Shown here piece after piece: positions 29,969 to 39,024 of a DNA stretch of 64,000 nt. The translations under genes and the position numbers were made by a program. Numbering within the stretch: the stretch's first letter is position 1; every line of letters starts with the position of its first letter. This DNA comes from an uncultured Candidatus Rokubacteria bacterium. GTDB lineage: Bacteria; Methylomirabilota; Methylomirabilia; Rokubacteriales; DASRDR01. The DNA lies in contig CAVPSB010000025.1 of assembly GCA_963708025.1 (NCBI GenBank), positions 352,001 to 416,000 on the forward strand, in the 5' to 3' direction. Below the pieces are notes generated by a model. The model saw only the letters and a program-made list of their open reading frames with translations, was not told the origin of the DNA and did not search any database.

Positions 29969-30826
29969 ATGGCGATTTCCCGAATCGGAGTGATCGGCTG
30001 CGGGCTCATGGGGGGCGGGATCACCCAGGTGGCCGCGCAGGCCGGCTTCCCGACCACGGTGGTCGAGGCCAACCAGGAGTTCCTGGACCGCGGCCTCGGC
30101 GCGATCCGGCGGAACCTCGACGGGCTGGTGGACAAGGGACGGCTCGACGCGAAGGCGCGGGACGCGGCCTGGGGCGGGATCCGGGGGACGACGAGCCTGG
30201 AGGATCTCCGCGACGCCGACCTCGTCATCGAGGCGATCACCGAGAACGTCGCGCTGAAGAAGGAGACCTTCGGCAAGCTCGACCGGATCTGCCCGCCCCC
30301 CGCACTCCTGGCCTCGAACACCTCGTCCTGTACCATCACCGAGCTGGCGGCGGCGACCCGGCGGCCGGCCCAGGTCCTCGGCCTCCACTTCTTCAACCCG
30401 GCCCCGATCATGAAGCTGGTCGAGGTCGTGCGGACCATCCTCACCAGCGAGGCCACCCTCAAGACCGCCTGGGAGTTCGTTTTGGCCCTCGGCAAGACGC
30501 CGGTGGCCACCCAGGACACGACCGGCTTCATCGTGAACCGCCTGCTGGTGCCGTACCTCCTCGAGGCGGTTCGGGTCCTGGAGTCCGGCGTCGCCACGAA
30601 AGAAGACATCGACCAGGCGATGAAGCTCGGCTGCGGCTATCCGATGGGGCCGTTCACCCTGCTGGACCTCGTCGGGCTCGACACGACGCTCTTCGTCGCC
30701 GAGGTCATGTTCGACGAGTTCCGGGAGGCGCGCTTCGCCCCGCCCCCGCTCTTGAAGCGCATGGTCATGGCCGGGCAGCTCGGCCGGAAGAGCGGCAAGG
30801 GGTTCTACGACTACCCTGCGCGGTGA
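29969..30826 (+). CDS. hbd: 3-hydroxybutyryl-CoA dehydrogenase
   Basis: GCGLMGGG, SNTSS, GLHFFNP, GFIVNR, PMGPF..D.VGLD, GRKSGKGFY. Confidence 0.92.
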   Translation: MAISRIGVIGCGLMGGGITQVAAQAGFPTTVVEANQEFLDRGLGAIRRNLDGLVDKGRLDAKARDAAWGGIRGTTSLEDLRDADLVIEAITENVALKKETFGKLDRICPPPALLASNTSSCTITELAAATRRPAQVLGLHFFNPAPIMKLVEVVRTILTSEATLKTAWEFVLALGKTPVATQDTTGFIVNRLLVPYLLEAVRVLESGVATKEDIDQAMKLGCGYPMGPFTLLDLVGLDTTLFVAEVMFDEFREARFAPPPLLKRMVMAGQLGRKSGKGFYDYPAR

Positions 30827-30886
30827 GGGCCCGGGCCTTGACATACGGCCCGGCCTTCGCCGGGCAGCGCCCGTGAGGAGGGTCCA

Positions 30887-32329
30887 GTGGCGTTGAGAAC
30901 CCCGCAGCAGTACATCGAGAGCCTGCGCGACGGGCGGGTGGTCTACTACCGCGGCGAGCGGGTCGGGGACGTCACCACGCACCCCGAGCTGGGCGTCGGC
31001 GCCCGCCACGCCGCCCTCGAGTTCGCGAGCGCCCAGGATCCCGCCCACGCCGACCTCACGACCTACACGGACGCCGGCGGCGCCCGGTCGAGCCGCTACT
31101 GGAAGCTGCCGGAGGGGCCGGACGACCTGCTCCGCCGCCACGCGCTGATCGACCACGGGACCCGGGTCGGCCACGGCGTCTTCCTCATCGTCAAGGAGAT
31201 CGGCTCGGACTTCCTGTTCGCCCACACCATCGTGAGCCACCAGATGCAGGAGGTCCTGAAGGCGCCGTACCGGGAGCGCCTGGCGGCCTACCACCGGCAC
31301 GTCGCCGAGCAGGACCTTGCCCTGGCGGTGGCCCAGACCGACGTCAAGGGGGACCGCTCGCTGGGGCCGTCCGAGCAGGAGCACCCCGACTACTACGTCC
31401 ACGTGGTCGACCGCCAGAAGGACGGGATCGTGGTGCGCGGGGCGAAGGCCCACACGACCAACACGACCGCCGCCAACGAGGTGATCGTCCTGCCCACGCG
31501 GGCGATGTCCGAGGCCGACCGGGACTACGCGGTCGCCTTCGCGGTGCCGGTGAACACGAAGGGGCTCAAGCTGATCGCCAGTCCCTTCACCGCGACCGGC
31601 CCCTCCCGGTTCCACCACCCGGTGTCGGCCGAGCACAAGATGATCGAGACGCTGACCGTGTTCGACGACGTGTTCGTGCCGTGGGAGCGGGTGTTCCTGT
31701 GCGGCGAGACCCAGTTCGCGGGGGCGCTCGCCCTCGGCTTCGTCCAGTTCCACCGCTTCACCGCGGTCTCCTACAAGATCCCGCACATCGACCTGATGAT
31801 CGGCTCGGCCATGCTGGCCGCCGAGGCCAACGGGATCGAGAAGGCCGGGCACGTCCGGGAGAAGCTCTCCCGCCTGATCGCCTGGCGGGAGACGGTGCGC
31901 GGGCTCACGGTGGCCGCCGCCTACGAGTGTCGCCGGATGGCGCCGGGGGTGGCGGTGCCGAACCCGGTGACGACGAACGTCGCCAAGCAGCACTTCGCGG
32001 AGCACTACCACGAGATGGCCCAGAAGGTCCAGGACATCGCCGGCGGGCTCCTGGTCACCGGGCCGGCCGAGGAGGACGTGACGGCGCCGGAGACGAAGGC
32101 GTACGTGGAGCGCTACCTCGGGGGCAAGAAGGGGTTCGGCGCGACGAACCGGCTCCGGGTCATGAACCTGATCCGGGACCTGCTGACCTCGGACTTCGGC
32201 GGCTACAACGAGGTGCTCTCGATCCACGCGGAGGGGTCGCTGGAGGCGCAGAAGCTGACCATCCTGCGGGAGTTCGACGCGACCCGGGCCCGGGCCTTCG
32301 CGGCCCAGGTGGGGGCCCTCGGTGCTTAG
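30887..32329 (+). CDS. 4-hydroxybutyryl-CoA dehydratase / 4-hydroxyphenylacetate 3-hydroxylase family flavoprotein
   Basis: YIESLRDGR, QTDVKGDRS, GIVVRGAKAH, FDDVFVPWERVF; the AbfD Fe-S cysteines are absent. Confidence 0.85.
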   Translation: MALRTPQQYIESLRDGRVVYYRGERVGDVTTHPELGVGARHAALEFASAQDPAHADLTTYTDAGGARSSRYWKLPEGPDDLLRRHALIDHGTRVGHGVFLIVKEIGSDFLFAHTIVSHQMQEVLKAPYRERLAAYHRHVAEQDLALAVAQTDVKGDRSLGPSEQEHPDYYVHVVDRQKDGIVVRGAKAHTTNTTAANEVIVLPTRAMSEADRDYAVAFAVPVNTKGLKLIASPFTATGPSRFHHPVSAEHKMIETLTVFDDVFVPWERVFLCGETQFAGALALGFVQFHRFTAVSYKIPHIDLMIGSAMLAAEANGIEKAGHVREKLSRLIAWRETVRGLTVAAAYECRRMAPGVAVPNPVTTNVAKQHFAEHYHEMAQKVQDIAGGLLVTGPAEEDVTAPETKAYVERYLGGKKGFGATNRLRVMNLIRDLLTSDFGGYNEVLSIHAEGSLEAQKLTILREFDATRARAFAAQVGALGA

Positions 32330-32921
32330 GGCGCGCGCGCTCGGGATCCTCGCGGCGCTCGCGGTCCTCCTGGCCGGCGGCGAGGGGCTGGCCCAGGACA
32401 AGATCGAGGGGAACAGCTACAGCAACGCGAAGTACGGCATCCAGATCACCAAGCCCGTGAGCTGGCATTTCATCACCGCGGCCACCATCGTCGACCTGGC
32501 CAAGAAGGCCGGCGGGACCGTGAAGCTCCGCGGCGACGAGGACCCGGTCAAGCTGGCCGGCTTCGCGGTCGTCGTCTCCAAGGAGCCGACGCTCGGCCGC
32601 GGCGTGCAGCCCCAGGTGGTGCTGCTGATCCACGAGCTGCCGGCGGCCCCGCCCGACATGGTGAAGGCGTGCGAGGGCCTCCGGAGCGGGATGACGGAGC
32701 CGGAGACCCTGAAACCGACCCGCCCGGCGCAGGTGGCCGGTCGGCCGGCCGCCCGGCTCGACTTCCAGGGCATCGTGGACGGCGACGTGGTGCGGGCCAC
32801 CGCGCTGTGCACGTTCAAGGACCGGCAGGCCTTCGTGGTCGTGGGGCAGGCGCTGGCCTCGGAGTTCGACTCCGAGTTCTCCTCCTTCGAGTCGATCCTG
32901 GCGAGCTTCCGCCTCCGCTGA
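32322..32921 (+). CDS. Secreted hypothetical protein (possible PsbP/DcrB-like fold)
   Basis: Signal peptide; YGIQITKPVSW, VAGRPAARL, FESILASFR pattern. Confidence 0.65.
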   Translation: MLRARALGILAALAVLLAGGEGLAQDKIEGNSYSNAKYGIQITKPVSWHFITAATIVDLAKKAGGTVKLRGDEDPVKLAGFAVVVSKEPTLGRGVQPQVVLLIHELPAAPPDMVKACEGLRSGMTEPETLKPTRPAQVAGRPAARLDFQGIVDGDVVRATALCTFKDRQAFVVVGQALASEFDSEFSSFESILASFRLR

Positions 32922-33089
32922 GAGCGCGTGAAGGAATCGAGTCCTCCGGCTCCCCCCTCCCCCGGTGCCCGCCGGAGGGACGGGACGTCGCGAGGGCCGC
33001 AGGCCCGAGCCGTCCCCCAGGCCGAAGGCTGTCCGATCGATCCGGTCAGACGGGAGGGGGGTTGGGGGGGTAGGCGGGAGGTCTCGAAC
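32920..33089 (+). repeat. G/C hairpin intergenic element, copy D with expanded loop
   Basis: Starts in the TGA stop; conserved arms and GTAGGCGGGAGGTCTCGAAC end; ~80-nt loop insert containing GGCCGAAGGCTGTCCGA. Confidence 0.85.
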
Positions 33090-33102
33090 AGAGGGCCACG
33101 CG

Positions 33103-34245
33103 ATGCAGCGATACTACCTGACCGACGAGCAGCGCATGGTGATGGAGCTGGCCCGGTCGCTGGCCCGGGAGAAGATCGCGCCCATCGCCGCCCACCACGA
33201 CGAGACGGAGACCTACCCCGAGGAGGCCATGCGGCTCCTCGCCCAGCAGGGGCTCTTCGGCATCTGGGTGCCCGAGGCGTACGGCGGGACCGACATGGGG
33301 GCCCTGGCCGTCGCGCTGGTCGCCGAGGAGATCGCCTGGGCGTGCGCCGCCACCGCCACCAACTGGGGGGCGACGGTGCTCGGCGGCCATCCGATCGTGC
33401 TGGCCGGCACCGAGGAGCAGAAGCGGCGCTACCTGCCGCGGCTCGCGACCGGGGAGATCCTGGCCGCCTACTCGCTCTCCGAGCCGGGGGCCGGCTCGGA
33501 CGCGGCCAGCCTCCAGACGGTGGCGGTGCGCAAGGGCGACCGCTACGTGCTGAACGGGACCAAGCTCTGGTGCTCGAACGGCTCCAACGCCGGCGTCATC
33601 ACGCTCTTCGCGACGGTGGACCCGAAGAAGGGGCCCAAGGGGATCACCGCGTTCCTGGTCGAGCCGGGCTTCCCCGGCTTCGCCGTCGGCAAGAAGGAGC
33701 GGAAGATGGGCATCCGCGCCTCGCCGACAGTCGCCCTCCACCTCGCCGACTGCGAGGTGCCCGTGGAGAACCGCCTCGGCCAGGAGGGCGAGGGCTTCCG
33801 GATCGCCATGCGGACCCTCGACTTCACGCGGCCCATGACGGGGGCGACGGCGGTCGGGGTGGCCCAGGCCGCCCTCGACGCCGCCACCGACTACGCGAAG
33901 GAGCGACGACAGTTCGACCAGCCGATCGCCGCCTTCCAGGGGATCCAGTTCATGCTGGCCGACATGGCCATGCAGGTGCACGCCGCCCGGCTCATGGTCC
34001 ACCACGTGGCCAGCCTGGTGGACCGGGGCGCGTCGGCGACGGTGCTAGAGGCGTCGATGGCCAAGTGCTTCGCCGGCGACGCCGCCATGCGGGTGGCCAC
34101 CGACGCCGTGCAGGTCTTCGGCGGGGTCGGGTACACCCGCGAGTTCCCGGTCGAGCGCTTCATGCGGGACGCCAAGATCATGCAGATCTACGAGGGGACG
34201 AACCAGATCCAGCGCGTCGTCATCGCCCGGGAGCTGCTGAAGTAG
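33103..34245 (+). CDS. Acyl-CoA dehydrogenase
   Basis: LSEPGAGSDA, KMGIRASPT, QVFGGVGY, YEGTNQIQR. Confidence 0.95.
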   Translation: MQRYYLTDEQRMVMELARSLAREKIAPIAAHHDETETYPEEAMRLLAQQGLFGIWVPEAYGGTDMGALAVALVAEEIAWACAATATNWGATVLGGHPIVLAGTEEQKRRYLPRLATGEILAAYSLSEPGAGSDAASLQTVAVRKGDRYVLNGTKLWCSNGSNAGVITLFATVDPKKGPKGITAFLVEPGFPGFAVGKKERKMGIRASPTVALHLADCEVPVENRLGQEGEGFRIAMRTLDFTRPMTGATAVGVAQAALDAATDYAKERRQFDQPIAAFQGIQFMLADMAMQVHAARLMVHHVASLVDRGASATVLEASMAKCFAGDAAMRVATDAVQVFGGVGYTREFPVERFMRDAKIMQIYEGTNQIQRVVIARELLK

Positions 34246-34319
34246 GGGGTCAGGCCTTTCATTCTTGTCATTCCCAGGGTCGGGTCCGCCAGATTGTTGA
34301 GAATGAAAGGCCTGACCCC
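34246..34319. repeat. REP-like perfect 20-bp inverted repeat
   Basis: GGGGTCAGGCCTTTCATTCT (34246-34265) pairs with AGAATGAAAGGCCTGACCCC (34300-34319); 34-nt spacer. Confidence 0.9.
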
Positions 34320-34335
34320 AGATCGAGGAGGAGGC

Positions 34336-35595
34336 ATGGGTCAAGTTGGCCGTCGAGGCTTTCTCGCTGGGGCTGCGGCGGGCGCGGCGGTGGTGGGCTT
34401 CCCGGCCGTTCTGCGGGCCCAGGCCAAGACCGTCAAGATCGGGGTCATCCACACGGTGACCGGCCCGCTGGCCGAGCCGGGGCAGGCCTGCCGTCTGGGC
34501 GCCCAGATGGCGGCCGACGCCATCAACGCCGCCGGCGGTATCAAGGCGCTGGGCGGGGCGAAGCTGGAGCTCCTGCTCGGCGACACCCAGACCAAGCAGG
34601 ACGTGGCCCGGGCCGAGGCGGAGCGGGTCATCAACGCCGGCGCCCAGATGCTGATGGGCACCTTCAACTCGGCCGACACCGCCGCCATCGTGCCGGTCGC
34701 CCAGCAGCGCCGGATCCCGTTCCTCGTGGACATCTCGGCCGCCGACCCCATCACCGCCAACGTCGCCAAGTCGGTCAAGGAAGGCCAGCAGAAGGTCCAG
34801 TACGTCTACCGGAACTTCCCCACCGGCGCCATGTTCGGCCAGCGGGCGGTCCAGTTCATGACCGAGATCTTCAAGGAGGCCGGGGTCGCGCCGAAGCGCG
34901 TCGTGCTGATGTACGCCAACGACCTGTTCGGCCAGAACCAGGCCCGGTCCTTCCAGGCGGCCCACAAGGCGATGAGCCCGGCCTTCGACATCGTCGAGGT
35001 CATCGCGTGGCCGGAGCCGCCCACCGACCTGTCGACCGAAGTCGGCAAGCTGAAGGCCGCCAGGCCGGACGTCATCGCCCCCATCACCCGGCCGGCCAGC
35101 GCCCTGCTTCTCCTCCAGGAGCTGGCCAAGCAGCGGGTGGAGGCGATGGGCGTGGTCAGCCCCGGCTCGCCGGGCCTCTACGAGGCGGGCCAGATCGCCC
35201 AGCTCAAGGAGCTGATCGAGCGCGTGATGGACAACGTGCCGTGGCCGAACTTCAAGAACCCGAAGACGCGCGCCGTCGCCGAGGAATACGCCAAGCGCTC
35301 GGGGGGCAAGACCTTCGACACCAACTCCGGCTACTCCTACGACGGCATGCAGATCGTCGCCGACGTGCTGGAGCGCGCCAAGTCGACCGAGGCGGACGCC
35401 ATCGTCGACGCCATGAAGAAGACGAGCTTCGGCGGCGGGCTCATGGTCTCGACCGGTCCGGTCGTCTTCAACGAGATCGGCGACAACCCGAACGCCTCCA
35501 CCGCGATGATCCAGATCCTCGGCCAGAAGCCGGTCGTGATCTGGCCCAAGGACGCCGCCGAGCAGAAGCTCGTCTTCCCCGCCCGCAAGGCGTGA
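34336..35595 (+). CDS. Branched-chain amino acid type ABC substrate-binding protein (Tat signal)
   Basis: GRRGFL, VKIGVIHTVTGPLA, INAAGGIKALGGAKLEL. Confidence 0.92.
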   Translation: MGQVGRRGFLAGAAAGAAVVGFPAVLRAQAKTVKIGVIHTVTGPLAEPGQACRLGAQMAADAINAAGGIKALGGAKLELLLGDTQTKQDVARAEAERVINAGAQMLMGTFNSADTAAIVPVAQQRRIPFLVDISAADPITANVAKSVKEGQQKVQYVYRNFPTGAMFGQRAVQFMTEIFKEAGVAPKRVVLMYANDLFGQNQARSFQAAHKAMSPAFDIVEVIAWPEPPTDLSTEVGKLKAARPDVIAPITRPASALLLLQELAKQRVEAMGVVSPGSPGLYEAGQIAQLKELIERVMDNVPWPNFKNPKTRAVAEEYAKRSGGKTFDTNSGYSYDGMQIVADVLERAKSTEADAIVDAMKKTSFGGGLMVSTGPVVFNEIGDNPNASTAMIQILGQKPVVIWPKDAAEQKLVFPARKA

Positions 35596-35605
35596 CCCCG
35601 TCCCG

Positions 35606-35637
35606 CACCCTCTCCGTCGCGGTGGAGGGAGAGGGTG
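35606..35637. repeat. CCCTCTCC/GGAGAGGG-type palindrome
   Basis: CACCCTCTCC..GGAGAGGGTG 10-bp stem; related to the palindrome at 48183-48205. Confidence 0.7.
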
Positions 35638-35650
35638 TGGAGGGTCCTCG

Positions 35651-36520
35651 GTGGATCTGATCCTCGTCGCCCAGGGGCTGCTGAACGGCCTCCTCTTCGG
35701 CGGCGTCTACAGCCTGATGGCCGTCGGCCTCACCCTGATCTTCGGCGTCATGCGGGTGATCAACTTCGCCCACGGCGACATGATGATCTGGGGGATGTAC
35801 CTGGCCTGGCTCCTGGCGACGCGCCTGGGCATCGATCCCTACCTGGGCTTCGTCGCCTGCGCGGCGGCGCTGTTCGTCTTCGGGCTCCTGCTGCAGCGCG
35901 GGCTGGTGGACCGGATCGTCGACGCCCCGCACGAGATGCAGATCCTCCTGATGCTCGGGGTCGCCCTGGTGCTGGAGAACGTCGCGCTGTCGATCTTCGG
36001 CCCCGACCCCCAGCGGGTCCGCTCTCCGCTGGCGCTGGCCACGATCTGGCTGGGGCCGGTCTTCCTGGACGTGGCCCGCCTCGTCACCTTCGGGGTGGCG
36101 ATCGGGCTCACGTTCCTGCTCTACCTCTTTCTCACCCGGACCGATGCCGGCAAGACGGTCCGGGCGGCCGCCGACAACGCGTACGGCGCCCTGGTGGTGG
36201 GGATCGACGTGCGCCGCGTCTACGCGATCGCCTTCGGGGTCGGCGCCGCCTGCGTGGGCGCCGCCGGCGCGCTGGTGGCGCCGATCCTGCCGTTCCAGCC
36301 GTTCGCCGGGCTGGGGGCGTCGGTGACCTCGTTCAACATCGTGATCATCGGGGGCATGGGGAGCCTGGTGGGCGCGTTCGTCGGTGGGCTCCTGGTGGCG
36401 GTGGCCGAGTCCCTGGGCGCCGTCTTCCTCTCGCCGTCGCTCAAGGAGCTGGTGAGCTTCTCGCTCCTCATCCTGATCCTGCTGTTCCGGCCGACGGGCC
36501 TCTTCGGGCGCCGCTCGTGA
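35651..36520 (+). CDS. livH: BCAA ABC permease (LivH-like)
   Basis: GLTLIFGVMRVINFAHG, IIGGMGS. Confidence 0.9.
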   Translation: MDLILVAQGLLNGLLFGGVYSLMAVGLTLIFGVMRVINFAHGDMMIWGMYLAWLLATRLGIDPYLGFVACAAALFVFGLLLQRGLVDRIVDAPHEMQILLMLGVALVLENVALSIFGPDPQRVRSPLALATIWLGPVFLDVARLVTFGVAIGLTFLLYLFLTRTDAGKTVRAAADNAYGALVVGIDVRRVYAIAFGVGAACVGAAGALVAPILPFQPFAGLGASVTSFNIVIIGGMGSLVGAFVGGLLVAVAESLGAVFLSPSLKELVSFSLLILILLFRPTGLFGRRS

Positions 36521-37479
36521 ATCGGCTCGCCGGCGGGCTGCTGGCGGCGGCCACCCTCGTCCTGCTCGTGCTCCCGGCGGTGCTCGGGTCCCGCGCGCTG
36601 GCTCTCTTCGTCTCCATCTTCTTCTACGCCTACCTGGGCCAGGCCTGGAACCTGATCAGCGGGTACGGCGGCCAGCTCTCCGCCGGCCACGCTGCGTTCG
36701 TCGGCGTCGGCGCCTACACCACGACGATGCTCGCGATGCACGCCGGCGTCTCCCCCTGGCTCGGGATGCTCGCCGGGGCGGCGCTGGCCGGGCTCCTCGG
36801 CGCGGTGGTCGGGCTCCTCGGCTTCCGCTTCGGCCTGCGGGGCTTCTACTTCGTGCTCCTCACCGTGGCCTTCGCCGAGGTCTGCCGCATCGTCGCGCTG
36901 AACACCGAGGCGATCGGGGGCGCCGTCGGCCTCTACATCCCCTTCACCGGGAATCCCTGGCAGCTCCAGTTCCAGGACAACCGCGGTTACTACTACGTCG
37001 CGCTCGGGCTGATGATCCTCGGCACCTCGGTGGTGGCGCTGGTCGAGCGGAGCCGGCTCGGCGCCTACCTGGCGGCGATCCGAGAGGACCAGGACGCCGC
37101 CGAGGCTCTCGGTGTCGACACCTTCCGCCACAAGCTGATCGCCATCGTGCTCTCGGCGTTCCTGACCGGGCTGGGCGGGGCCTTCTACGCGAACTACCTG
37201 TTCTCGCTCCAGCCGAACGCGGTCTTCGGGATCCCGCTCTCGGTCGACATCATCCTCCGGCCGATCGTCGGCGGGGCCGGCACGCTCATGGGGCCGATCC
37301 TGGGCTCCTTCATCCTCTCGCCGCTCGCCGAGCTGTCCCGGAGCTACTTCGCCCAGGCCGGGCTGGTCGGCACCCACCTGGTCGCCTACGGGCTCTTGCT
37401 GATCGCCGTGGTCCTCTTCCTGCCGCGCGGCGCCTACCCGCTGCTAGCGCGCGCGCTGGGTTTGGGGAAAACCCCTTGA
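36517..37479 (+). CDS. livM: BCAA ABC permease (LivM-like)
   Basis: WNLISGYGGQLSAGHAAF, AIREDQDAAEALG, IVGGAGTLMGP. Confidence 0.9.
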   Translation: MNRLAGGLLAAATLVLLVLPAVLGSRALALFVSIFFYAYLGQAWNLISGYGGQLSAGHAAFVGVGAYTTTMLAMHAGVSPWLGMLAGAALAGLLGAVVGLLGFRFGLRGFYFVLLTVAFAEVCRIVALNTEAIGGAVGLYIPFTGNPWQLQFQDNRGYYYVALGLMILGTSVVALVERSRLGAYLAAIREDQDAAEALGVDTFRHKLIAIVLSAFLTGLGGAFYANYLFSLQPNAVFGIPLSVDIILRPIVGGAGTLMGPILGSFILSPLAELSRSYFAQAGLVGTHLVAYGLLLIAVVLFLPRGAYPLLARALGLGKTP

Positions 37480-38210
37480 TGGCACCGCTGCTGGAGGTCC
37501 GCGACGTCGAGAAGCGGTTCGGCGGGGTCCAGGCGCTCGGCGGCGTCAGCCTCGACGTGGAGCCGGGCGAGATCGTCGGCCTGATCGGCCCGAACGGCGC
37601 CGGCAAGACCACGCTCTTCCACCTGGTGTCGGGCTTCGTCGCGCCCGACCGCGGCGCCGTCCGGCTCGACGGGGTGCCGACCGCCGGCCTCAAGCCGCAC
37701 GCCCTCTGCCAGCGGGGGCTGGCGCGGACCTTCCAGATCGTCAAGCCGTTCCAGGGGCTCACGGTGCTCGAGAACGTCCGCGTCGGCGCCCTGGCCCGGG
37801 CCTCGAGCTTCGCCGACGCCACCGCGCGGGCCCGGGACGTCGTGGGCTTCGTTGGCCTCGGCGCCAAGACGGGCGACCCCGCCCGGACCCTCACCCTCGC
37901 CGAGCGCAAGCGCCTCGAGCTGGCGCGGGCCCTGGCCACCGAGCCGCGCCTCCTCCTGCTCGACGAGGTGATGGCCGGGCTGAACGCGACCGAGACCGGG
38001 CAGGTGGTCGAGCTGTGCCGCCGCATCAACGCGCGCGGCGTGGCGATCCTCCTGATCGAGCACGTGATGCGGGCCGTCATGACGCTCTCCCACCGCGTGG
38101 TGGTGCTGAGCCAGGGGCGACTGATCGCCGAGGGCCCGCCGGCGGCGATCGTCGGGGACCGGCGGGTCATCGAGGCCTACCTGGGAGAGGAGTACGATGC
38201 GCGGGCGTAG
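37479..38210 (+). CDS. livG: BCAA ABC ATPase (LivG-like)
   Basis: GPNGAGKTT, ARTFQ, LLLDEVMAG, IEH, EAYLG. Confidence 0.92.
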   Translation: MAPLLEVRDVEKRFGGVQALGGVSLDVEPGEIVGLIGPNGAGKTTLFHLVSGFVAPDRGAVRLDGVPTAGLKPHALCQRGLARTFQIVKPFQGLTVLENVRVGALARASSFADATARARDVVGFVGLGAKTGDPARTLTLAERKRLELARALATEPRLLLLDEVMAGLNATETGQVVELCRRINARGVAILLIEHVMRAVMTLSHRVVVLSQGRLIAEGPPAAIVGDRRVIEAYLGEEYDARA

Positions 38211-39009
38211 CGTCCGAGGACTTCGTGGAAGGCTGGCGGCGAACGACCCCCAGGTGGGGGAGGTCCAGGAGGGGGAGTGGTTGGGACTCCCCCTCCTGAT
38301 CGACTTGCTCACGGTTGAGGGGCTGGCCGCCGGGTACGGGGACCTGCTGGCCGTCCGGTCGGTCTCCCTGGAGGTGCGGGAGGGCGAGTGCGTGGCCCTC
38401 ATCGGCGCCAACGGCGCCGGCAAGACCACCACCCTGCGCGCCATCTCCGGGCTCGTCCCGATTCGAGCCGGCCGGGTGCTGCTCGACGGCGAGTCGCTGG
38501 CCGGCCTCTCGACGCGCCGCGTCGTGGAGCGGGGCCTGGCCCACGTCCCGGAGGGCCGCCAGGTCTTTCCCTCGCTGACCGTGCGGGAGAACCTCGAGAT
38601 GGGGGCCCGCAGTCCGTCGGCGCGCGCTGCCCGAAATGCCAGCTTCGACACGGTGTTCGGCCTCTTCCCGCGGCTTCGGGAGCGCGAGCGCCAGCCTGCC
38701 GGCACTCTCTCCGGGGGAGAGCAGCAGATGCTGGCGATCGGCCGCGGCCTGATGGCCCGGCCCCGGCTGCTGCTCCTCGACGAGCCCTCCCTCGGGCTGG
38801 CCCCGCTCATGGTCGGCGCGATCTTTCAAATAGTCGAGACGGTGAACCGCCAGGGGACTACAATCCTGCTCGTCGAGCAGAACGTTCCCCGGGCCCTCCA
38901 GCTCTGCCACCGCGGTTACGTGCTCGAGAACGGGGAGGTCACCCTCACCGGGCAACGAGAAGAGCTGCTGGGATCGGGATTTATCCGTCAGGCCTATCTC
39001 GGGTTGTAG
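38197..39009 (+). CDS. livF: BCAA ABC ATPase (LivF-like) with a palindrome-derived N-terminal extension
   Basis: GANGAGKTT, VPEGRQVF, LSGGEQQML, LDEPSLGLAP; alternative TTG start at 38305. Confidence 0.92.
   Translation: MRGRSVRGLRGRLAANDPQVGEVQEGEWLGLPLLIDLLTVEGLAAGYGDLLAVRSVSLEVREGECVALIGANGAGKTTTLRAISGLVPIRAGRVLLDGESLAGLSTRRVVERGLAHVPEGRQVFPSLTVRENLEMGARSPSARAARNASFDTVFGLFPRLRERERQPAGTLSGGEQQMLAIGRGLMARPRLLLLDEPSLGLAPLMVGAIFQIVETVNRQGTTILLVEQNVPRALQLCHRGYVLENGEVTLTGQREELLGSGFIRQAYLGL
38266..38298. repeat. Perfect 13-bp inverted repeat in the 5' end of livF
   Basis: CAGGAGGGGGAGT-GGTTGGG-ACTCCCCCTCCTG. Confidence 0.85.
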
Positions 39010-39024
39010 CTTCGAGGACACTGA

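Noticed and set aside
30887-32329. Calling the gene abfD and inferring a 4-hydroxybutyrate carbon-fixation cycle
   Set aside because: The [4Fe-4S] cysteine ligands are missing and no other cycle markers are present.
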